From positions 2,412 through 66,411 of the forward strand of contig JAFTJZ010000034.1 of NCBI GenBank assembly GCA_017456145.1: a stretch of DNA of 64,000 nucleotides. The letters are read 5' to 3'. A program made the position numbers and the translations under genes. Within the stretch, counting starts at the first letter, position 1, and the number at the start of each line of letters is the position of its first letter. Below are positions 18,548 through 24,621 of the stretch, piece after piece. The notes below the pieces were generated by a model. That model ran no database searches. It had not been told where the DNA came from and saw only the letters and a program-made list of their open reading frames with translations. Source of the stretch: Clostridia bacterium (GTDB lineage: Bacteria; Bacillota; Clostridia; Oscillospirales; CAG-272).

Positions 18548-18566
18548 GCCCCGCACGAGGCGGGGC
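18548..18566 (-). terminator. Intrinsic terminator 3' of HTH-TPR paralogue 2
   Basis: GCCCCGC-acga-GGCGGGGC stem. On the minus strand it is followed by TTTTTTGCTTTT. Confidence 0.7.
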
Positions 18567-18572
18567 AGGCAT

Positions 18573-19646
18573 TTACGATTGGAGAATAGTTATAATGTCC
18601 TTGCAAGTACGGATTGGGAAAAAAATCTGTTCTTCGGTCAAGCAGCGTTTTACGTCGCCTACTAAAGTCCAATCGGTTCTTCTGTCATTTGTATGGTCTA
18701 CCGTATATCCCCTCAGAACCGGGCAGGAATATGTTTCGATTGCTTTTCGATCCATTTCATCGAAGATAGTAGCATGATTGTATGCTGTTATAATTGCATC
18801 TGCCGCTTTCTCATATTCATTTTGACGTAAAGCGATTCGTGCCTTTTCCATATATATCAGAGATAGTTTTATATGAAAATGCTGGTAATTGCCATCAGTA
18901 ATTACTGCATTGATGGCAGCTATCTTGGCATCCAAGATTTCTTCACAGGGCTCGGGAAGAAACATCCACAAGTACTCCAAACTAATGCAAAGGTTATTGA
19001 GACCATCTCGCACGGCCTTTTTAAGTAGGAATTCTTTTTCTTTTCCTTCCACACAAAGCATAAGCAAATCGTCTCTATTGGTTTCGGGTTTATCAGGATA
19101 CATAAGTGCATACTTTTTAGCTTCGTCAAGTTGCCCTTTGGATTTGTGTGCATGTACAAGTCCCGATATGGCTTGATTACATATTTCTCTATCTGTGCAG
19201 TCTTCAAGAATCATTTCGTAATGACGTATCGATGATGCTAAAAGTTCTTTTTCTGTTTGCGTGCCACAATATTTTGTACTGTAACCAACGTACCATTCAT
19301 TGGTCGCCAACCATTTCAAATATCGATAATCCATCGGATATTCTGCCACAGCCTTGCGGGCTATTTCCAAATCTGCCTCATGATCATCTTTTTTCCAGTA
19401 TTGATGGTACTCAGCATCAAAATAAGCTTTTCGTTCGTCCACTTTTTCAGGGATCAACCCTAATAGTTCATCTGCAGAAACATGGAATAGTTTTGTCAAT
19501 GGTCCTATCAAAGATAGATCAGGGTTCGATATTCCACACTCCCATTTTGAAACTGCTTGATATGAAACACAAAGATAGTCAGCAAGTTTTTCCTGTGTCA
19601 AATCATTCTTTTTGCGTAATGCTTTTATTCTTTCACCTATGGTCAT
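18573..19646 (-). CDS. XRE-HTH + TPR-like repeat regulator (paralogue 2, 357 aa)
   Basis: ORF 18573..19718 trimmed to ATG 19646 (GAGGTGtttctaATG). MTIGERIKALRKKNDLTQEKLADYLCVSYQAVSKWECGISNPD is followed by a long helical-repeat C-terminus. The gene is AT-rich. Confidence 0.85.
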   Translation of the reverse strand: MTIGERIKALRKKNDLTQEKLADYLCVSYQAVSKWECGISNPDLSLIGPLTKLFHVSADELLGLIPEKVDERKAYFDAEYHQYWKKDDHEADLEIARKAVAEYPMDYRYLKWLATNEWYVGYSTKYCGTQTEKELLASSIRHYEMILEDCTDREICNQAISGLVHAHKSKGQLDEAKKYALMYPDKPETNRDDLLMLCVEGKEKEFLLKKAVRDGLNNLCISLEYLWMFLPEPCEEILDAKIAAINAVITDGNYQHFHIKLSLIYMEKARIALRQNEYEKAADAIITAYNHATIFDEMDRKAIETYSCPVLRGYTVDHTNDRRTDWTLVGDVKRCLTEEQIFFPIRTCKDIITILQS

Positions 19647-19817
19647 TAGAAACACCTCACAGAATTTATTGAATCCGGATTCTGCTATAATTGTAACACA
19701 TGGTACTAAAAAAAACAATAACTTGTTTTTTTAATATGATGCAACCTGCAGTTGAGAGACTGTGCTTTTCAGCATTTCCCGACGCTTGCGTCTGGGGCAA
19801 GCATATAAGAGACATAG

Positions 19818-19857
19818 CAAAAAGCAGGCGCACATCTTCGATGTACTCCTGCTTTTT
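19818..19857 (-). terminator. Intrinsic terminator following tRNA-like module U3 (exact copy of the tRNA-Glu terminator)
   Basis: The minus strand reads AAAAAGCAGGAGTACATCGAAGATGTGCGCCTGCTTTTT, identical to 20148..20186. Confidence 0.7.
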
Positions 19858-19858
19858 G

Positions 19859-19964
19859 TGGTGACCCGTACGGGAATCTGAACCCCGCTTTGCGCCGAAA
19901 GAAAATCAGCGCTCCTACTTCAGCGTAGCGCAAAACAGCAAATGCTTGCGCATTTGCGGGGCAC
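19859..19964 (-). ncRNA. tRNA-3'-end-bearing structured module U3 (not a complete tRNA)
   Basis: The minus strand reads GCCCCGCAAAUGCGCAAGCAUUUGCUGUUUUGCGC-[32 nt]-GCGCAAAGCGGGGUUCAGAUUCCCGUACGGGUCACCA. The last 20 nt are identical to the 3' end of the adjacent tRNA-Glu. It is paralogous to U2. Confidence 0.45.
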
Positions 19965-19987
19965 AATTCGGTTAGAATCGGCAACAC

Positions 19988-20016
19988 AAAAGGCACCACC
20001 TTCGGTGATGCCTTTT
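19988..20016 (-). terminator. Intrinsic terminator following module U2
   Basis: The minus strand reads AAAAGGCATCACCGAAGGTGGTGCCTTTTGTG. Confidence 0.7.
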
Positions 20017-20020
20017 GTAT

Positions 20021-20126
20021 TGGTGACCCGTACGGGAATCTGAACCCCGCTTTGCGCCCTCAAAAATTCAACGCTTGCGCTGCAGCAATGCGCAAAGCAG
20101 CAAATGCTTGCGCATTTGCGGGGCTC
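20021..20126 (-). ncRNA. tRNA-3'-end-bearing structured module U2 (not a complete tRNA)
   Basis: Same 5' 35 nt (1 mismatch) and same 3' 37 nt as U3, with a divergent 32-nt centre. Predicted helices are GCAAAUGC-GCAA-GCAUUUGC (GNRA loop), CUUUGCGC/GCGCAAAG and CCCCG/CGGGG. Confidence 0.45.
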
Positions 20127-20147
20127 GATTCAATAAGAGATCATAGC

Positions 20148-20186
20148 AAAAAGCAGGCGCACATCTTCGATGTACTCCTGCTTTTT
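20148..20186 (-). terminator. Intrinsic terminator of tRNA-Glu
   Basis: GCAGG...CCTGC stem with an inner ACATC-GAA-GATGT helix, followed by TTTTT. It starts 2 nt after the CCA end. Confidence 0.8.
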
Positions 20187-20187
20187 G

Positions 20188-20263
20188 TGGTGACCCGTAC
20201 GGGAATCGAACCCATGTTTCCAGCGTGAGAGGCTAGCGTCTTGAACCGCTTGACCAACGGGCC
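20188..20263 (-). tRNA. tRNA-Glu (anticodon CUC), CCA encoded
   Basis: The minus strand reads GGCCCGUUGGUCAAGCGGUUCAAGACGCUAGCCUCUCACGCUGGAAACAUGGGUUCGAUUCCCGUACGGGUCACCA. It folds as a cloverleaf with acceptor GGCCCGU/ACGGGUC, anticodon stem CUAGC/GCUGG, loop CUCUCAC and T-loop UUCGAUU. It closely resembles the canonical Firmicutes tRNA-Glu. Confidence 0.9.
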
Positions 20264-20282
20264 GTTTTTTCAACGCTCGTAT

Positions 20283-20311
20283 ATTATATCACAGCGAAAA
20301 CGATTTGTCAA
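20283..20311 (-). promoter_or_regulatory. Consensus promoter of the tRNA-Glu unit
   Basis: Reverse strand reads TTGACA (20311..20306), a 17-nt spacer, then TATAAT (20288..20283), about 20 nt before tRNA position 1. Confidence 0.7.
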
Positions 20312-20456
20312 TAGGGTTTTTGAAAAAAACAAGATTTTTTATAAAAATTTCTCGCAAGTGCGGCCAACGGACGATCACAAGATTTTCTGCATGAGATATT
20401 TGACTGCTTTGCAGGCAAAAAAGCACAAATACCGCGCAGAGCGCAGCAGTGCCCCC

Positions 20457-21038
20457 TCAATCCTCGCGCACGACGATAGACTCATCATCCGCGAGCGCAA
20501 CGACGTGATAAGGGCTTTCGCGGCGCAGGTGCTCATAATCCTCGCGTCGTGCGTCGGTGTAGTGGCAGACCAAAATGCCACCATAAAAGCCCAGTCCCGA
20601 AAAGTCTGTCAAGCCGAAGGTGTCGGTGTCATACCTTGCGACATGCGCGACATCAACGCAGGCAATGTGCGCGCCCGCGCTGCCGCCGGCATAAGTGACA
20701 CCGCGATGAACCGCGTTTTGAATGATACGATCATATCCCGCCTCGCGGATGCGTTTGAGCGTACCGAAGGTGTTGCCGCCGCTGATATAAATGAGATCCA
20801 CGTCGGGCGTTACATCCGGCGCGGAGCGAAAGTAATCGGCAACATGAATATTCTTCCGCAGAAATCCAAAAGCGCACAGGCGGGATTCATACTTACCGCT
20901 TTTGAGCTTTTCGGGGGTTGCTTTTTCGTTGGGGAAATACAACACGCGGCAATCGCGCAGTGGCTTGCAGAGATTGTCGCAGATAAAGGCTGCCGACTTG
21001 GGATTTCCAAAATCGCAGGAGGATAAGATCAGTTTCAT
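20457..21038 (-). CDS. Peptidase S51 (dipeptidase E-like)
   Basis: 193 aa with LIYISGGNTFGTL and TYAGGSAGAHI (Ser nucleophile context). There is a 4-nt overlap with the upstream GNAT gene. Confidence 0.75.
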   Translation of the reverse strand: MKLILSSCDFGNPKSAAFICDNLCKPLRDCRVLYFPNEKATPEKLKSGKYESRLCAFGFLRKNIHVADYFRSAPDVTPDVDLIYISGGNTFGTLKRIREAGYDRIIQNAVHRGVTYAGGSAGAHIACVDVAHVARYDTDTFGLTDFSGLGFYGGILVCHYTDARREDYEHLRRESPYHVVALADDESIVVRED

Positions 21039-21595
21039 GCTTTACATAGCTCCTTTTGCATCAGATATTCATTCACCGACCGCCCGTCCTTCAGCTTGAA
21101 TGCGTTCGGGCGCACGGCAACGATCCGGAAACCGAATTTTTCATACAGCGCGCGGGCGCGTGCATTGCCCTCGATAAATTCCAGGTCGATCAACTCGGTA
21201 CCATCGTGCGCCATCGCCGCTGCGATCATAGCGTCAAACATGGCGCTGCCGATGCCAAGCCCCCAGTACTTTTTCAAAATAGCAATGCCGATCGTGGCAC
21301 GGTGGCGGATTTTGATGCCGCTGCGGAAGGCAATCTCGCAGTTCCCCGCGATCTCGCCATCCACGTAGCAGGAAATACGCAAAATATCCGCCGATTCTCG
21401 CCCGTTTCGAATCCAGTTTTCCTCGCTCTCGATCGTCACGCCCTCCCACTCCTCGGGATAGCGCACGAGAAACTCAGTCTCGCCGCACGCAGTCGTGATG
21501 TAGTGCAGCATCTTGGCACCGTCGCCGACCTCGGGTGTTTTCAGTATGGCAGCTCTGCCGTCCTTTAATGTAATTTGTTTGTTTTCTATTATCAT
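21035..21595 (-). CDS. GNAT-family N-acetyltransferase
   Basis: 186 aa with the acetyl-CoA binding motif ILKKYWGLGIGSAMFDAMI and ...ARALYEKFGF. Confidence 0.85.
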   Translation of the reverse strand: MIIENKQITLKDGRAAILKTPEVGDGAKMLHYITTACGETEFLVRYPEEWEGVTIESEENWIRNGRESADILRISCYVDGEIAGNCEIAFRSGIKIRHRATIGIAILKKYWGLGIGSAMFDAMIAAAMAHDGTELIDLEFIEGNARARALYEKFGFRIVAVRPNAFKLKDGRSVNEYLMQKELCKA

Positions 21596-21626
21596 CTTTG
21601 ATCATTCCTTTCTAAAAACATATTTG

Positions 21627-21838
21627 CCAAGGGGCGTTGCCCTGTGCCTCCGGCAGCCAAGGGGCGTCGCCCTGTGCCTCCGGCGGCCAAGGGGCGTCGC
21701 CCCTTAAACCCCACCAAGAACCTTTTTGAAAAAAGGTTCTTGGAACTCCAAAAACTTTGAATCAATTTTTGAGTTGAATTTTTAGCGGTTCTGTTCTCTC
21801 CATGCGTTTCTGTTGTCCATGTGGGGCCCCTACCCCAC
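21627..21838 (+). repeat. Multi-hairpin intergenic repeat, subfamily 2, copy a (with a 30-nt tandem head)
   Basis: The head is 2.6 tandem copies of CCAAGGGGCGT(T/C)GCCCTGTGCCTCCGGC(A/G)G (21627..21705). This is followed by the core palindrome CCAAGAACCTTTTTGAAAAAAGGTTCTTGG (21714..21743) and the tail GTGGGGCCCCTACCCCAC. 90 nt (21708..21797) are identical to 23731..23820. Confidence 0.85.
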
Positions 21839-21990
21839 AAGATGGCAGAGAAATAGTTTCTGCCCCGGCGGAACGCCGTAGGAGGCAGGCTAATCCTCGC
21901 GACACGCACCGGGTAACAGAGCAAAATGCACCCGTAAAGACCCAATCCTGAAATTTGTGTCTTGATATATCATCATATTCTCCATCCTTA

Positions 21991-22368
21991 TTAATCGACA
22001 ACCCCGACTTGATACTCATCTTCATAAACAATCTTACCCACATAATTGGTGTAAACAATATCGTAAGGAATATCATATTTATCAAGCAAGTCTATAAGCG
22101 GCTGTATGCGTTCAAGCATTTCAGAACTGTTTTCTGTTTTGAAATAAGTAATTGCCCCTTGAGGATTGTCATTATTGTCTCCATAAAATGGAGGCTGAGG
22201 TAAATTGTCGAGAAACCATTGATGTGTATCGTCATACAGTTTTACATCTTCGGGGCTATAAATATTGTCGCGTATTCTGCGCCAATTCAAAATAAATACC
22301 CCTACTGGTTTCTTTGTTCTCCACGCAATTTCACGTCCTTGTATTCTCACATATTTCGGTAATTTCAT
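21991..22368 (-). CDS. Hypothetical protein (125 aa), AT-rich
   Basis: ORF 21991..22386 trimmed to ATG 22368 (ATGA overlap with the GNAT stop). I recognise no family. Confidence 0.55.
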   Translation of the reverse strand: MKLPKYVRIQGREIAWRTKKPVGVFILNWRRIRDNIYSPEDVKLYDDTHQWFLDNLPQPPFYGDNNDNPQGAITYFKTENSSEMLERIQPLIDLLDKYDIPYDIVYTNYVGKIVYEDEYQVGVVD

Positions 22369-22892
22369 TTGGGGTCTCCTTCCCATTTCAGATAACCGCT
22401 TGTAAACGGAAGATGGTCAAACTTCTTTGTTCCGGTATGAACAAATCCGTTCGCTATGTACCAATTTTTTAAAACGGTACTTTCTTCGATAATACCGATT
22501 TTTATTACATGACCGCCCGATGCTTTCACTACATCCTTTGCGTGATCGAGAAGTAATTTGCCAAAGCCATTATGTCTGTACTCCGGTAACACCGCAAGGT
22601 TGTGAAGCTCAAAGGCATCGTCGCTTTCTTTAGAGAGCGACATATATCCGATAATTTTCTTGCCGGCATACAATGCGTACATATTCCAACCCCAATTCTT
22701 CTGCGTTTCAAGAAAAGAAAGAGGAATAAAGCTCGTATGTTTCGGACAGTTTTCTTTCGTCAATCCAAACTGATCTGCCACAGTCCGAAAACTCCGATGA
22801 ATGACATCCAAACACTCATTAAAATCATTCTTATTTACTTCTTGTATTTTTGGTTCAGCGCCAAACACGATATTTAATTTACTCATCGTCAT
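22365..22892 (-). CDS. GNAT-family N-acetyltransferase, AT-rich
   Basis: 175 aa with LHNLAVLPEYRHNGFGKLLLDHA and ...WYIANGF. Confidence 0.8.
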   Translation of the reverse strand: MTMSKLNIVFGAEPKIQEVNKNDFNECLDVIHRSFRTVADQFGLTKENCPKHTSFIPLSFLETQKNWGWNMYALYAGKKIIGYMSLSKESDDAFELHNLAVLPEYRHNGFGKLLLDHAKDVVKASGGHVIKIGIIEESTVLKNWYIANGFVHTGTKKFDHLPFTSGYLKWEGDPK

Positions 22893-23679
22893 ATTCCTTC
22901 CTGAAAATATCCAGCATATGGTTCGTCGCGCCGATCAAATCGGGGCGTTCGCAGATGCTGAGTGTATAGTGCATATAGACAGCAAAGGTCTCGTCATCCA
23001 TGGCATCCAGACACTCATTCATCATGCGGGTGAGCATATCGGTGCCGACGTAGTGCAGCCGCGTGGTGGGAAAGCCCTGCATGAGCGCATCGACGTCCTC
23101 CTTGCGGTACAGCTGAAACACATCCTCGGGCAGGGAGTACAGCTTATAAGTCTTGGTATCGATCTTATTCTGCGCGAGGGACTGGTGGATCATGCCGCGC
23201 ATAAAGCAATACTGCAGCATGGTCATGTCGCTGTTGCAATAGGCAGCAAAGACAATACCGCCCGTTTTGGTGACGCGGATGGTCTCGGCAAGTGCCTGTT
23301 TTTGCTCCGGCTCGGTATAGAGATGATACATCGGACCGAGCAGCAGCGTGATGTCATAGCTCTCGTCGGGGATATGCGCAAGATCCAGCGCGTCGCCCTG
23401 CGTGATGGTGACACGCTCGCCCTCCTCGGTATTGGCGCGGAACACCTCGATGTTATGCTCCACCAACTCAACGGCGTCCACCTCATACCCCTTTTGCGCA
23501 AAATAGTGCGAATACCTTCCCGTACCCGCGCCGATCTCCAAAATCTTCATACCCGACTTCAGATACCGCTCGACGTAATGTACCGTCGTTAAAAATTCAA
23601 CCAGACCGTGCTTGGCGCGCAGCCGCCCGTCCTCGTTGTGTGATGAATAGTAGTTTACTACAGCTTCAATTCTTTCCAT
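22879..23679 (-). CDS. Class I SAM-dependent methyltransferase
   Basis: 266 aa with motif I ILEIGAGTGRYSHYF and an acidic post-I residue in YEVDAVEL. Confidence 0.85.
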   Translation of the reverse strand: MERIEAVVNYYSSHNEDGRLRAKHGLVEFLTTVHYVERYLKSGMKILEIGAGTGRYSHYFAQKGYEVDAVELVEHNIEVFRANTEEGERVTITQGDALDLAHIPDESYDITLLLGPMYHLYTEPEQKQALAETIRVTKTGGIVFAAYCNSDMTMLQYCFMRGMIHQSLAQNKIDTKTYKLYSLPEDVFQLYRKEDVDALMQGFPTTRLHYVGTDMLTRMMNECLDAMDDETFAVYMHYTLSICERPDLIGATNHMLDIFRKEYDDE

Positions 23680-23710
23680 AATAATAATCCTTTCGTTTGG
23701 TTATAGTGGA

Positions 23711-23862
23711 CAAGGGGCGTTGCCCCTTGAACCCCACCAAGAACCTTTTTGAAAAAAGGTTCTTGGAACTCCAAAAACTTTGAATCAATTTTTGAGTTGA
23801 ATTTTTAGCGGTTCTGTTCTGTTTACGCGGTTCTGTTGTCCATGTGGGGCCCCTACCCCACA
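23711..23862 (+). repeat. Multi-hairpin intergenic repeat, subfamily 2, copy b
   Basis: CAAGGGGCGTTGCCCCTTG hairpin, core palindrome at 23737..23766, and tail GTGGGGCCCCTACCCCAC. It is a direct repeat of copy a. Confidence 0.85.
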
Positions 23863-23908
23863 TATCAGCAGCGAGATACGTTCAGCAGCAGACATTCCCG
23901 TCAAACAT

Positions 23909-24062
23909 TTGGGGTAGGGGTCCCAAAAGGACGTTCCTGTTCGCTCATACAGAACCTGAGCGCAGCAGATTCAAGCAAAAAATAATATCAAGTTTTTTGG
24001 AGGTGTCGGAACCTTTTGTTCACAAAAGGTTCTGACCCAGCGGAGCGATGGCAACGCCCCGC
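23909..24062 (-). repeat. Multi-hairpin intergenic repeat, subfamily 2, diverged inverted copy b'
   Basis: The reverse complement has the same module order (GGGGCGTTGCC..., AGAACCTTTTGTGAACAAAAGGTTC, CTCCAAAAAACTTGA..., GGGACCCCTACCCCAA). It lies tail-to-tail with copy b. Confidence 0.7.
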
Positions 24063-24073
24063 ACTCCTGAAAA

Positions 24074-24118
24074 TATAAAAACGGTGCAAATCGAGAAAAA
24101 ATCATCGACTTGCACCGT
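24074..24118 (-). terminator. Strong intrinsic terminator of the micro-gene
   Basis: The minus strand reads ACGGTGCAAGTCGA-tgattttttc-TCGATTTGCACCGT followed by TTTTTAT. Confidence 0.8.
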
Positions 24119-24153
24119 TCATATCCAAATATGATGATAGGGGAAAAACAGCC

Positions 24154-24264
24154 CTATTTTGCAAAATGGGTACGACAACACAAGCCCGACGGGACCCAAG
24201 GGTTGGGTTCCATGCCGTGCTTTACGATTACGGTAATGTTCAGTTGGAACATACGGTAAGCCAT
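24154..24264 (-). CDS. Micro-ORF (36 aa) MAYRMFQLNITVIVKHGMEPNPWVPSGLCCRTHFAK; could alternatively be a structured sRNA
   Basis: Too short for the ORF track. It has AAAGGA 8 nt before the ATG, a perfect promoter upstream and a strong terminator downstream. I recognise no family. Confidence 0.5.
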   Translation of the reverse strand: MAYRMFQLNITVIVKHGMEPNPWVPSGLCCRTHFAK

Positions 24265-24297
24265 GGTTGTCGTCCTTTCTTTGGAAAATATGCGGCT

Positions 24298-24326
24298 ATT
24301 ATAGCACACTTTTCCCGCTTTGTCAA
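24298..24326 (-). promoter_or_regulatory. Perfect consensus sigma-70 promoter of the micro-gene
   Basis: Reverse strand reads TTGACA (24326..24321), a 17-nt spacer ending in TGc (extended -10), then TATAAT (24303..24298). Confidence 0.75.
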
Positions 24327-24532
24327 TAGCTGATTTCGTTTTTTTTCGGCTTTTAGCTGTTATTTCACTGTCAGCACACTGTTCTCCCCCGCGCTGGCCT
24401 ATATCGAGTGCGCCTGACCAATGCCACGCACGCCGCCTGCTGCAATATCAGCGAGGTCTACTTTCGCAAGCTGTTCACCGAGCAATATCGAACCACACCC
24501 AAGCAGTGACTGCTGGACTATCGCATCGAAAC

Positions 24533-24601
24533 GTTTTTGAAGGATCCAAGGAAACTTTTTTCAAAAAGTTTCCTTGGCGGGGCTTGGGGCAGCGCCCCAA
24601 C
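24533..24601 (-). repeat. Multi-hairpin repeat, subfamily 1, copy c (hairpins A+B)
   Basis: Core CCAAGGAAACTTTTTTCAAAAAGTTTCCTTGG (24546..24577) plus TTGGGGCAGCGCCCCAA (24584..24600). This 69-nt stretch is identical to 26017..26085. Confidence 0.85.
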
Positions 24602-24621
24602 ACTGCACCGACGGCGCGAGA

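Noticed and set aside
19769-19999. 76-aa minus-strand ORF across the tRNA-like modules
   Set aside because: It spans two terminator hairpins and the U3 module, and it has no SD. The region is better explained as structured RNA or repeat.
19859-20126. U2 and U3 as additional genuine tRNA genes
   Set aside because: Only the T-arm/acceptor 3' strand resembles tRNA-Glu. There is no complementary 5' acceptor strand, D-arm or anticodon arm, and the T-loop carries an extra A (UUCAGAU).
21627-21705. 30-nt tandem repeat considered as a CRISPR array
   Set aside because: The 2.6 copies are directly abutting with no spacers, and no cas genes are present. It is the head of a dispersed repeat copy.
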